Below are positions 22,501 through 33,986 of a DNA stretch of 64,000 bases, piece after piece. Source of the DNA: Psammoneis japonica (taxonomy: Eukaryota). The position numbers and the translations under genes were made by a program. Within the stretch, counting starts at the first letter, position 1, and every line of letters starts with the position of its first letter. The notes beneath the pieces were generated by a model. The model saw only the letters and a list, made by a program, of their open reading frames with translations. It was not told the DNA's origin and made no database searches. The stretch spans positions 620,001-684,000 of the forward strand of contig QPGO01000022.1 of assembly GCA_008632985.1 (NCBI GenBank), given 5' to 3'.

Positions 22501-25160
22501 ACTCAACCACACAGCGTCCCCATGTCTCCACTGGTGCATGCCCCTCGAGACTCTTGCTGGCTCCACCCTGGACATCAGCCCATTGCTCCGCTTTCACTGG
22601 TGGGAACCCGTGCACTTCCACCTCGATGACTCCAATTGGCTGTCCAAATCCCGTGAGTTGCGTGGATGCTTTGTTGGCATTGCTGAACACGTCGGCCACC
22701 AGATGACCTTTAAGATTCTTTCTGATGACACTCAGAAGATCCTCTGCCGATCCAATGTACGATCCGCTGCCACCGATCCTTCCATTCGAAACCTGCATCG
22801 TCTTGATCCTCCTGATGGGGAGCCACCTGAACCCATCATCAAATCTCGCCATGACGACAACCCCGTCGATTCACCTGATGGGGAGATCAGGACACCCAAG
22901 ATGCCAGTTTTCGATCCGCAAGACATCATCGGACGCACCTTCCTCATGCAGCCACAAGAGGACGGACAATGCCACAGAGCTCGCATCGTCAAGGCCGTCA
23001 AAGATCATGACTGGAAAGTGAACGGCAACCCCGAGCTCACTAAGTTCATCTGCTCTGTCAACAATGACGAATGCGAGGAAGTCCTGGCCTGCAACGACAT
23101 CATGAATCACATTGAGCAAGAAGACGAAGACACTGCTGTTTGGAAATTTCGACGCATTGTGTCACACAAAGGACCTCTGAAGCCTCATGACCCAACCTGG
23201 AAAGGCTCAAGCTGCAACATCATGCTTGAATGGGAAAGTGGGGAGATCACGTCTGAGCCTCTTGCCATCATCGCCAAGGACGACCCTGTCACCTGCGCCA
23301 TCTATGCACGAGAGAACGGACTTCTCGACACTGATGGCTGGAAGCGGTTCCGCACCATCGCGAGGCACCAGAAGAAGCCACTCCGCATGGCCAACCAAGC
23401 CAAGCTTCGCTCCTTCCGCACTGCACCTCGCTGCAAGTGCGGATGCGAAGTTCCCCGGAACTGCAAACATGCCATGTCCCTAGACGAACGCAACGGCAAC
23501 CGCAAATGGGGAGACGCAACCAATCTCGAGATGGACCAACTCGATGAATACGAAGTCTTTCATGACTGCGGACCCTCCGAGTCTTCCACTCCCCCTGCGG
23601 GACACAAGAAGATCCGAGTGCACCTGGTGCACGACGTGAAACATGACGGCCGCCACAAGGCATGACTCGTAGCCGATGGACACCTCACAGACGCACCCAT
23701 CGACAGTGTCTGCTCTGGAGCAGTCTCCCTTTGTGGCCTTTGGCTGATGATTTTCCTGGCCGAACTCAATGAGTTAGAGACATGGGCCGCTGACATTGGC
23801 AATGCCTGCCTTGAAGCCACCACCAAGGAGAAGCTGTGCATTGTGGCTGGACCCAAATTTGGCAAACTCAAAGGCCACATTCTTGTCATCTACAAGGCCC
23901 TGTATGGACTGCGCAGCTCTGGCCTTCGCTGGCACGAGCGCTTCACCGACTGCCTGCGAGCTGAAGGTTTCTTCCCCTGCCGCGCCGAACCCGACATTTG
24001 GATGCGCACGAACGGCGACCACTGCGAACATGTTGCCGTTTGTGTGGATGACCTCGCCATTGCCATGAAGGATCCTCAATCTTTCGTCGACACTCTCACG
24101 GAAAAGTGCAAGTTCAAGCTCAAGGGTGCGGGACCGATTGAGTTCCACCCAGGCTGCGACTTCTCCCGGGATCTGGATGGCACCTTGTGTCTGTCTCCGC
24201 GCAAGCACATCGAACGCATGGTCGACAGCTGCACATGACTGTTTGGGGAGAAACCCACCACCAACGTCCTGTCCCCTCTGGAAAAGGGTGACCACCCCGA
24301 ACTGGACACTTCCGAACTGCTGGAGCCCGATGGCATTCAACAGTTCCAGTCTCTTGTCGGTTCCCTCCAATGGGCAGTGTCTCTAGGTCGGATTGACATC
24401 ACCATGGCTGTCATGTCACTCTCTGGCTTTCAAGCTGCGCCCCGTCAAGGCCACTTGGATTGTGCCAAACGCGTCTGTGGGTGCCTCTCCAAGATGCGAC
24501 ACGGTGCTCTCCACGTTCGCACGGAAGAGCCCGACCATTTGGATCTCCCTGCACCGGCCTGTGAATGGATGCATTCCGTGCACGGCGAAGCAGAGGAGAT
24601 GATCCCGAAGGACACTCCACCGCCCCTTGGCAAGTTTGTCACCACCACCCACTGCGTCGATGCAAACTTGCATCATTGCATGCTCACCGGATGCTCTGTC
24701 ATGGGAATGCTCCACTTCCTCAACAAATTCCGGGCTGATTGGTTCTCTAAGAAGCAAGCCACCGTGGAGACTGCGACCTGCGGGTCTGAATTTGTTGCCG
24801 CAAGGACTTGTGTCGAGCAGATCATCAACCTGCGCATTGCCCTGCATCACCTCGGTGTCCCGATCCGTGACATTGGTTGCATGTTCGGCGACAACAAGTC
24901 CATTGTGGACAGTGCCACCATCCCGCACTCCAAGTTACACAAGCGACACACCGCACTGTCGTTCCATCGTGTGCGTGAGGCGATTGCCTCTGGTTGCCTT
25001 GAGCTCCACTTCATCGAAGGCTCCCGCAACCCTGCTGACATTCTTGGCAAGCATTGGGGTTGCTCCCAAATCTGGGACCTTCTCCGTCCCCTCATGTTTT
25101 GGAACTTCATTCCATCCAAAGTCGAATCTGTTTCTGTGACTCCTCAAGCAAACTGGGGAG
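19526..25160 (+). pseudogene. copia 2 gag-pol pseudogene
   Basis: MVLTR...FKRGIKRDPTAF (gag), ALVNCGANGG, LISDRAQVE, KALYGLRSSG, CVDD, NPADILGK; in-frame TGA stops at 22403, 23663 and 24236 where Arg (CGA) is expected. Confidence 0.93.
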
Positions 25161-25438
25161 TGACAGGATTTGAACAGGATTCAGGTGCGCGCGAAATGTC
25201 GCGCGCTGTTTAGTTTGCCGTGCACAGTTTTGTGTGCTCTTTGGTTCCGCGCGCACGCATGCGATGCAGTTTGCTTTCGAGCCACACGGCTCACAAGAAT
25301 GACAACAGCAGCCCGATTGCACCAACTTGCACGTCTTTCGGCTCCTGTGCGGGTCTCTGAGTGGAGACTCATCTGCTGTTTAGACAGCAGCAAGGAGTCA
25401 TTGTTTGAATTCTTGCCACTTGCCTTCAATTTCTGTCA
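25161..25438 (+). repeat. 3' LTR of copia 2 (278 bp)
   Basis: Follows the PPT; ends before TSD TCTGG. Confidence 0.93.
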
Positions 25439-25739
25439 TCTGGGTTCAAGTGGATCACATCCTTGCACCAGGCAGGGATGGCTTTGCAGGACAAGCATGC
25501 CATGATGTCAAACATGATCAGCACACCATCCAATTTCTTCTGTCCACTTGCATCACAAAGAATGATCTTCATCCATCCGTCATTTGTCTGGAGCAGCAAC
25601 GGCGGCATCTCAACATGCACTCTGTGCTGCACTTGCACTTCTGTTGAAACTCAGCAATGACATGACACAACATGCATGAGGTCTTGCCAATGCCTCCATT
25701 GCCAACAAGGATGACAGTGAACGTGGGGATGTCAGCTTG
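25439..25739 (-). pseudogene. Ran GTPase-like pseudogene, 5' part
   Basis: PTFTVILVGNGGIGKTS (P-loop) ... VEMPPLLLQTNDG..ILCDASGQKK..LIMFDI..KAIPAWCKD..LNPD; joins the 3' part across the copia 2 TSD; pyrimidine tract plus CAG acceptor at 25740. Confidence 0.82.
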
Positions 25740-27389
25740 CTGAGGAAGAGATTAAAAAAAAGAAGAGAGAGAAAAAAGTCACAGAGCAACAGAAATGAGA
25801 GCAAGCCAGTTGAGCAGGAGTGGTTCCCAAAGGCGCTTGAACTGTTGCCGGTTCACACTTTCCCACACAGAAAACAGGATGCCAACGGGACCCTTTCAAG
25901 CACACATGAGCAAGACACAAGTCCAAAACTTTCCATGTTGTTCAAGCACAAACCACCGGTCAATGCAGCAAATGACAACACACTGTGCATCTTGGGCCAT
26001 GGGACTGTCTGGGATGCACTGGAGGTGAAAAACCGTTGATGACTGCACACCACTTGGAGTTGCACAAATTCTCATGGTGTCACATGCAGCAGAATTTATG
26101 CAAACATCTTTGAACAGTCAGTCCTGGTGATTTTGAATTTTGATTGTGTTTTGACAGTTTTTGACAATCCTGATGCATTCATGATGGTGGTCTTGTTGAT
26201 GTTGAATGCCAGACAAGGCTCGGCATTGCCCATGTTGGTGGTGATGTGAGGGCAGACACTCATGATGATGCAATTGTGCACGCAGGTGACATGCTTCTTT
26301 GGAGTGAAGGTCTTGGATGATGGGTTGGCCAAGTGCTTGTCAGTGGATGTCAATTTGGCATGCTTGGCAGAAGGACCACCCACCATGGTGATGGTTCTTG
26401 AAGGTCTTGATGTGTGCTGACATGTTTGTTGAATGGTCAAAGCACCACTTAAAAGTGGAGTGGTGTGAAAAGTGAGTGATTCTCAAAATTGTGAGCTGCT
26501 TCTCCTGTGGTGAGCTGAAAAGTGGTGAGTGAAGAGGGGCCATTGGTGATCAATAGTTTCTCAATGGACAAAGGGTCAAAAGATGCTGGCTTGCATCACT
26601 TTAAGAGTTTGATGTGATTGTGGCACACAGTTGTGTTTGCATTTTCAAATGCAGAACCATTTCATGTGTCACACAACATGTGCACAAATCTGCACCACCT
26701 CAGATTCAGTGTTTCAGGTGGTTAAATTTGTGAGAATGTCAAAATGTGACAACACACTGACAACTGAGTGGAGACCTGGAAATTTAAAAAACGGGGGAAC
26801 AAGAATTGAAAAAAGATGCCAAAACATCAAAAGATCAGCAACATCAAGCAGTTGTGAGAAAGCCAGTTAACAAGGTTGTCAGAGACAATGAGATCAAAAC
26901 AACTCCTTCATTGTCAGCACAAAGAAGCAGTCATTGACATTGCACATTTACATTGAAGGATTGTGCACAAAATTGGCCTGGAACCTCATGCAAGCCATGT
27001 GTCACACACGGTCATTCCACGTTGGCATTCAAGTTCTTGACCTTGATGCCATGCTTGCGCTTGCTCAATGGTGCAGATGACAAGAACTCAGGTGGATCTG
27101 GCATGGATGATTCTTTTCAGATGGAAGCAGTTGGCACCAGAGTGCAAATGAAGCACACTGGACTTTTTAAGTTGATGATGCAGTGTGCTGCACATTCAAC
27201 AACAACACGTGGTTTTGACTCAATCATCTGTCAAGCAATCACATTCAATGATGACATGCAATTCCGTCCACTGCCACTCTACACAGTCTTTGGAAATTCT
27301 TTTGCTGGTTTGAAGTTGACAGCTTCCAAGTGTCTGATGTGCTCCAGCACAACCAGCAGTGTGCCTCTGCCACACCAGGATGAAAAGGA

Positions 27390-27970
27390 CTCAACCACCT
27401 TGAGAGCTGGCAGCACACAGGCTCCATCCACCACCAGCACCAGCAGCATGCAGGCTCCCACCACCACCAGGGCCACAGCAGCAGTGCACAGATGCCTGCT
27501 GCCACCAGTGCCAGCAGCAAAGAATGGCTCCAACCGCCTCCAGTGCCAGTGGTGTGCCAGTGCAGGCTCTGCTGCCACCAGTGTTGGCAGCACACACACT
27601 CCAACCACCTCAACTGGTGACAGTGGCTGTGAATGTTCCCACCACCACTGCCACCAGCAGCAGCCAGGCTCCCACTGTTGCCAGCACCAGCAGCAGAAAT
27701 GCAGCAGTGCACATGCTCCAACCACCTTTTGACCAGGGCCAGCAGCTGCGCAGGTTCCCACCACTGCCAATGCCAGCAGTGGCAACCAGGCTCCCACTGT
27801 CAGCAGCACAGGCAGCAGAAATGCTCCAACCACCACAAGTGCCAATGTCATGCAGAGGTGCCCACTGCCACCAGACAAAAGGCTCCAACCACCTTGATTG
27901 CTGGTGGCAGGCCTCAGCCTGCACACACTCCAACCACCTTGACCAGTGCCAACAGCTGTGCAGGTTTCCA
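27390..27970 (+). repeat. degenerate low-complexity repeats encoding Thr/Ser/Ala/Pro-rich units (QAPTTTS-like)
   Basis: Recurring caggctcc(c/a)accacc..ccag(c/t)gc/agcagc units. Confidence 0.65.
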
Positions 27971-29379
27971 CTGCTAAATTTCTCTTGGATCTCTTGGCAC
28001 TTTAGACCCCAACTGCAATGCATTGCTCTTTCTCCTCATGGGACAAGAGGAGATCAGGTGCTGCACATGCAGGCATCATCATTGTGTCAATGAATGTCAG
28101 ATGATGCTGGCAGCAAGTGTGATGTTACAAAATTTGAGGCAAAAATGCTCACTCAATTGTGGATGTCCCTCAAAAAATTCAAGAGCATCACAGATTTCTG
28201 TGAGCATTTCTGTGTGGGTGATCACTGCTTGTGGTGCTCTGCACAGCAAACCAACAGCAAACCACAAACCTTCCCCAAGCAAAATGACATTGACGATGAA
28301 CCACTGGCCTGCTCATGTTTGCTCAACCTCCCTGAAGAAAACGTTCATCATGCAATGCCCACATGATGGACATCAATCAGCGCTGAATCTGCAGTGCCCC
28401 CACATGCATTGTGCAGCACTGCCATGTGCACATTCTGCTGTCACACCCTGTGCTGGTGCACGCAGCAGAGACTGGCACTGTGGGGGCCTGCAGCACATTG
28501 CTCATCCTGTGAGAGAGAAGGCGCCACATTCTAAGTTCCAAAGTGACATCAAAAGGGGTGCACATGAAAAGGCTGATTGACCAAAGACTCTGACAACTCA
28601 AACCATCTTGGTGATGAAAAAATGTTCAGTTGTCTCCACATGATGTCTTCCTCTTGTGCGCTTGTGCTTTGGCTGAAAGTGTTGCTCTAATTCACAAAAC
28701 CTCCATCCACAGTCAGCATGGCATCCAATCCTTTTCTGTGCTGGCAGTGCTCCAGAATTTCATTGTTTGGATTCGAGTTGATCAAGTTGAACAAAATGTC
28801 CTCCATCCATCTGTCCTCCATCAGACAACAGAGAAGATCCCAGACATCATCTTCTGGGATCTGGGATCTTAGTGGGGAAAAGGATTGCGGACAAGATCAG
28901 TGGAGATTCACAATGACAGCATCAAAATTGTCCATCTGACAGAGGAAGAAAATGCAAGGATGAGAGATTGGTCTTTCACAAAAACATCGACACACAAGCA
29001 CAAGTGCAGCCAGGCATTGGATGACTGAGAGGAAACAAACAAACACTCTGTGAAAGAGGTGCACTGCATGGCAGCCACAGACCCAGCACATTGGCTGTTC
29101 TCCAGTCCACTGTGAAGAACTCATGCCATTGCTGATGTGAGTTCCCAGGTGCAGACAGACTTTGTTCCAGGGTGCAGATTTTTTGCTTTGGAGGCAGCAC
29201 CGGCCCACGCCAGGCCTTGTTTGAGCTTCCATTGTCTTCTGAGAAACTGAGTTGTCATTTTGCAGAAATCAAGTTCTTTCTGTTGTCTTGGCCATTTCTG
29301 AGCAACAAAATCCAGGGTTTGATGTTTGTTTGTTTGCTGCACCTCCTCTGTTGACAAACACTGCTTGTGTTGACCAACC

Positions 29380-29725
29380 ACAGTCACAAAAGGCACCGCA
29401 TGTCTTGGGTGTGATGTGGGCAGGAGCTGTGGCAAGAATTGTTGTTGTTCTCTTGCATCAACTGCAAAGACAGAAGAACAGGGAATTGAGTTGTTTTCCA
29501 CTGCCTGATGTTTGTTCATTCACTTCACCTCTTCTGTTCATCCCCATTGCTTGCATCAACTCATCACAATCACAAAAGGTGTCCCATGTCTTGGATGCAA
29601 TGTGGGTGCAAGCTGTGGTGAGAAACAGCATCATTCACACTTGTGTGGCCTTGCACTGGCCATTCATGGCTGATGCTGACCTGTCCTTAGACAATGTTTG
29701 TTCATTCATCTCCTCTCTTCACTCA
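29380..29725. repeat. ~185-bp degenerate tandem duplication
   Basis: tcacaaaagg...catgtcttgg...tgtggg...agctgtgg...atgtttgttcattca occurs twice. Confidence 0.65.
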
Positions 29726-30944
29726 AACATCATTGATCTTTGCTCCTCACAGATGCAAAAAGATTGTTCTCTCACAGATTTTCTTTCAGCACAGATTGTG
29801 AAGAGCAAATGTCATTTGTGCCAGCTGCTGCATGCACACCAAGGCCTCTCCTCCTTTCTGAGTCTTGAGAATGCATTTTCCAGTTTGTCCAATCAGATTG
29901 ACACCAATTGAGTCACAAAACAGAGTGGCAATGCCACAAACTTTCTTCCATTGTCATCTGAAGCTGTTGTTTCCTTGCTTTTGTTGGCAGCATCATGCTC
30001 ACTGGCTGTCACACATCCAAGAGTGGAGTGCTGACTCAAGTCATCATGTCATCCAACAGTCCTCACATGTTGTCCAACATCAGCATGCTCAGTGGAAGAA
30101 TCACAAGCAGAGAAACTGCTGGAAAAATCATTTCATGAGCTGCACTGTCAAAAAAACCCAGCTCTCTTTGTCAGCATTTTCCCACATGGCTTGAACACTG
30201 GCTTTGAAGTGATTGAGACCACATCAGAGGTGGGTTTGATGAGGGGGTTGAATTGTTCCATCGGGTTTTGGTTCCTTGAATGAGGTGTCAAGCTCATTTA
30301 ATTTAACCAGACTTCATCATTTTCACACCAACCCTCATGACTCCAGCATGGCCTGCATGACCCTGGACCCCCAGACAATTTTAGTTGACACTCACCTGAT
30401 TAAATTTGCCTTTGTTTGCAGACACAATCACCCAATGTTCCCCAGAGAGCTTCGCTCCTGTGTGTTCTCTGCATGGACTCCCCACACAAATTTCTTCTGC
30501 TCTTTTTATCTGATGCTCTCATTTTTCGTGCAACATGTCACCTCTTTTTCCCCCATGATAAATCTGGTTTCCAACGATTGCAAAAATTTCAACCTCTGGC
30601 CTTAAATGGTGTCAATGTCCCATTCATCCTGCAAGTTTGTTTGCTCCAAAATTTTTGTTTGCTCACTTGCATCCTTGTCACAAAATTTTTGTTCACAATT
30701 TCACTCACCGGTGCCCTTTTTTCTGCTGTCCAGTTTCATTTTGCCACGCAAACAACACATCCTTGCCGGTGCCATGGGTTGCAGTTCCTCCCAATCTGGC
30801 CACCGCCACTTTCTCATCTGTCAAAAAAGCTTTGCAACAGTGCAGCCAAGGATCAGAAAGTGAAGTCACCGGATCAAGAACCATCTTTGTCTGCTCGGAT
30901 TTGTGCAAGACTGCCTTGCTTGGATGGAACCAGAGATGTCTGGT

Positions 30945-31215
30945 GTGCTGCCAGGGTTCATCCCATGGCCCCCATTGTTGTTGGGGGTGCAGCCAGACAT
31001 CCTGTTCTTTTTGACAGCTTGTTTGATGTTGCTGCCAGGGTTCATGCCATGCCCCCTGCTCTGATTGGGGGTGCAGCAATGTCAATGGATGCTCCCTGCA
31101 CTGATTTTGTCAGTTTGCATCCCCAGCTCCCTCCTCACTTTGGGGGCACAGCCACTGGATCCTGCTTCTGGGCTTGCAAGCCAGAAAGTGTGCTGCCAGA
31201 GTTCATCCCGTGGCC
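30945..31215 (+). repeat. ~80-bp degenerate tandem repeat, 3-4 copies
   Basis: gctgccagggttcat(c/g)ccatg..ccc...tgggggtgcagc near 30947 and 31031, weaker copies near 31110 and 31192. Confidence 0.7.
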
Positions 31216-32283
31216 TCATGCGGCATTTGCGACTGTGCAGATTCCCGTTTCATTGACTCCATTGACCAACATCCAGGTTCCTCTCCTGCTGCTTCCCCCC
31301 TGCTCTTTGGCAATTGTTCCCACATGTCAAACCCGGGTTCCCCTTCCAATGTTGCAGCAGTGTCTTTGCCTGTCACTGGTGAGTCACCAGATGTGTCGCC
31401 AACAAGCATTCCCACAACTGATGCAACCACAAATGATCGGAGTGGGCACAGCCCAGAACTTCCCAATGATGCAGTGCCGTCCCCTCCTGTCAACACTCGG
31501 CAGTCATCAACTGTCCCACACTCTGTTCCCAGACAATGGAGAGGACTCAAGGACGTTGGCATGGTCTGCAAGGAGCCCAAACAATTGCACTGGAAGAGAG
31601 TTTTTGCACTTTGCAAGCTCGGGCTAGCCAGCCATGTGCATTGGACACACATCACTTGCACTCACTTTGTGCTGCCCAATCTAGACAAGGGTCAGGCATC
31701 CATTCATGCCAATGGGAAGCACTGTCATCACATGATGGCACCCTCAGACATGTGCCAGGCCGTCGCCCAGCTCCATTGCAAGGGCACCATCCAATTCGAA
31801 GTCTGTCTTCCAAACCAGAACCACCGCAACAACTGCCTTCATGTTGTCAATGAGGGCCACACCATCCTTGATCTAATGGACTTCAAGGCCCTCCCCAAGA
31901 AAGCTGGCAAAACCCCTGCCACTGGCTCTTCCTCCTCTCACACCATTTGCCAGATGCTTGACATGTTCACAGACTGTGGCTTCACTTCCAGTCAATGCAT
32001 GGGAAGGAAGAATGAGAAAGGCACTCACAAACTTTGACTGCAATGTCTTCTTTGTGCTTGTCCTCCTCTGCCATGTCCCTTTCATTGCCGCGCTGCAGTG
32101 TCATCTGAGTGTCACAAGCATCTTTCTTGTGGGATGATTTGCCATTGCTGGGAAAAGTCTTTGGATCCACTCCATGTCTGGGTGTGGCGTCATCGGTGAT
32201 GGGACACTGCTTCTTGATGATTTTGGCCACAGCAGTCTTGACTCCTCCAGACTTGACTCCATTCTTGACAGCACTCAGAACCG

Positions 32284-33366
32284 TCAACTCAAGTTGCTGT
32301 CGGTGCTCCTGAAATTGTTTTGAGAAACAGTCAACGCAACCATTGACTCAATCTGCGCAAGTGCAGGAAGCTGGGCACTCGGTTCAGTGCAGGCCGCACT
32401 GCTTGGAGAACTCGCATTGGTGGCATTGGTGCTGCGGCTGCAAGAATTGTCAGCACCGCAGTCATCGGCACTGCTGCCATCAGCTCTGGCATTGCTGTTG
32501 CTGCAAGAGTTGTCGTGGCCACTGTGCGAGTTGGCAGCAGTGGCACTTTGGCTGCGAGAGTTGTCGATGGGTTCATCATTGTGATTGGCACTGCCATTGT
32601 TGTGATTGGCAGTGTCACCTCTGGGGTGGGTGTTGGCATTGTCATCGCGGGAGCTGGTGCCAAACAAGCACCCGCTAAAGTTGGCATTTCCCTGAAGCTC
32701 CTGGATGCAGTTCAAGCTGCCACCAGCATTCACCACTGTGCTTGGAGGTGCTGGTGCCAGTGCCGGCTGCTGATGCATCCCAGCATCTGCCGCTCCCAAT
32801 CGGCACGTGTGGCAGCACACAGCTGCAGATTGGATCTGTGTGCAGGGCAACGATGGATTGCAAATTGAATCGCTCCACAGCCTTTTCCACAAATCACTGT
32901 TAAAGCAGAACTCTTGCTTCATGTGTTTTTCCAGCTCTTCCACCGATGATGGCCTCTCCCACTCAGAAAATGTGTCCAGTTTCTTGATCGTCTCTTGGCG
33001 GCACCGATCAGTCGCAAGGCACTTGCACCAAGATCCACTGCAGCATTTTTTGAGCTGCAATTCACATGTGCTGCTGACTCGCATTGTCTCAGATGTTGTT
33101 GTTCTCCAGTCCGGAAGGCATGGTGAGTCTCTGCAAGCTTGCTTCCACTGTGACTTCACGTCAATGTCTTGTTGGTCTTGAAGGCTCCACAGTTCAGCCA
33201 TCTTCAGCAAAACGCAGAGGCTGAATGCTCTTCCCTTTGGGGGGAGCTCTTTGCAAATTCTTGCAAACGCAACTCCAGACACTGCAGTGCTGTGTCCAAC
33301 ACGAATGTCACAATGAATTGAAGCGCCGTCTGCCGGTGCTGTGCCGTTGTTGTTGTCATTCGACAT
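32284..33366 (-). pseudogene. TpA-mutated former coding sequence of unknown function
   Basis: ATG-initiated 360-aa ORF with no Tyr and excess Cys/His, divergent from the 33987+ ORF; no recognisable family. Confidence 0.35.
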
Positions 33367-33986
33367 TTTCCCAATGCAGCGATGTTGTGGTCACGACAAA
33401 GTGAACAACGCAGAATTTGGAGGGATGAGCGGGTGAGCAGGATGCAGCAACTGTGGGAACTCTTGCAATGAAGGCTGCAATGAGAGAGCATTTGCTGCAA
33501 CTGTTTTTCTTGTCATTGTGTTGATGGTGGGGTTGTGATGCGATGCTGCCCAGTGCATGTTGGATTTTGCTTGTCCTTCCTTGCCGTCCCGGCCCAGCAA
33601 ACCGTCGAACTCATAAATCATGTTCGTGCAGTGGGACTTGCATTGATTTGTTTGTTGAAAGGAATGAATTCTTTCACGTGTTAATTTTAAAAAGACAGGG
33701 CTCTGGCACAATGCCATTGAGTGCATGTGAAGACATGAGACAATCATTGGAGGATTTCCCGAGCTGTCTTGAGTGCCGGTACGACATGAAACAACGCGCC
33801 GCAACTTCGACACGACAACGCTGCACAACAAGCTCTTGCTTTTCCACCGCCAAGTTGCAACCATGCGCAATGCCAACAACCGCATCCACTGACGTGTTCA
33901 TGTGCCGGGCCTGACGATCCGCATCGGCGTGCAACTTCCAACGCTGCTCGCCCAGGTCGAGCACCTCCACCGCCACCATGCCACCA

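Larger units (their letters stand above)
18309..25438 (+). mobile_element. full-length Ty1/copia (CoDi-like) LTR retrotransposon 2
   Basis: LTRs 18309-18571 and 25161-25438; TSD TCTGG (18304-18308; 25439-25443); PPT aaactggggag; gag-pol. Confidence 0.96.

Noticed and set aside
6243..25213. Alternative genetic code or Tyr-codon reassignment in the TE ORFs
   Set aside because: Host genes use TAY normally, homologous sites vary among Y, C and H between copies, and non-coding LTRs show the same change.
5617..25438. Classical RIP or plain CpG deamination as the sole explanation
   Set aside because: RIP increases TpA; CpG decay cannot convert Tyr codons to Cys/His, and copia 2 still has many CpGs.
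27140..27245. Possible hAT dimerisation motif (KHTGLFKLMMQCAAHSTTTRGFDSII)
   Set aside because: The resemblance is too weak to call without a profile search.
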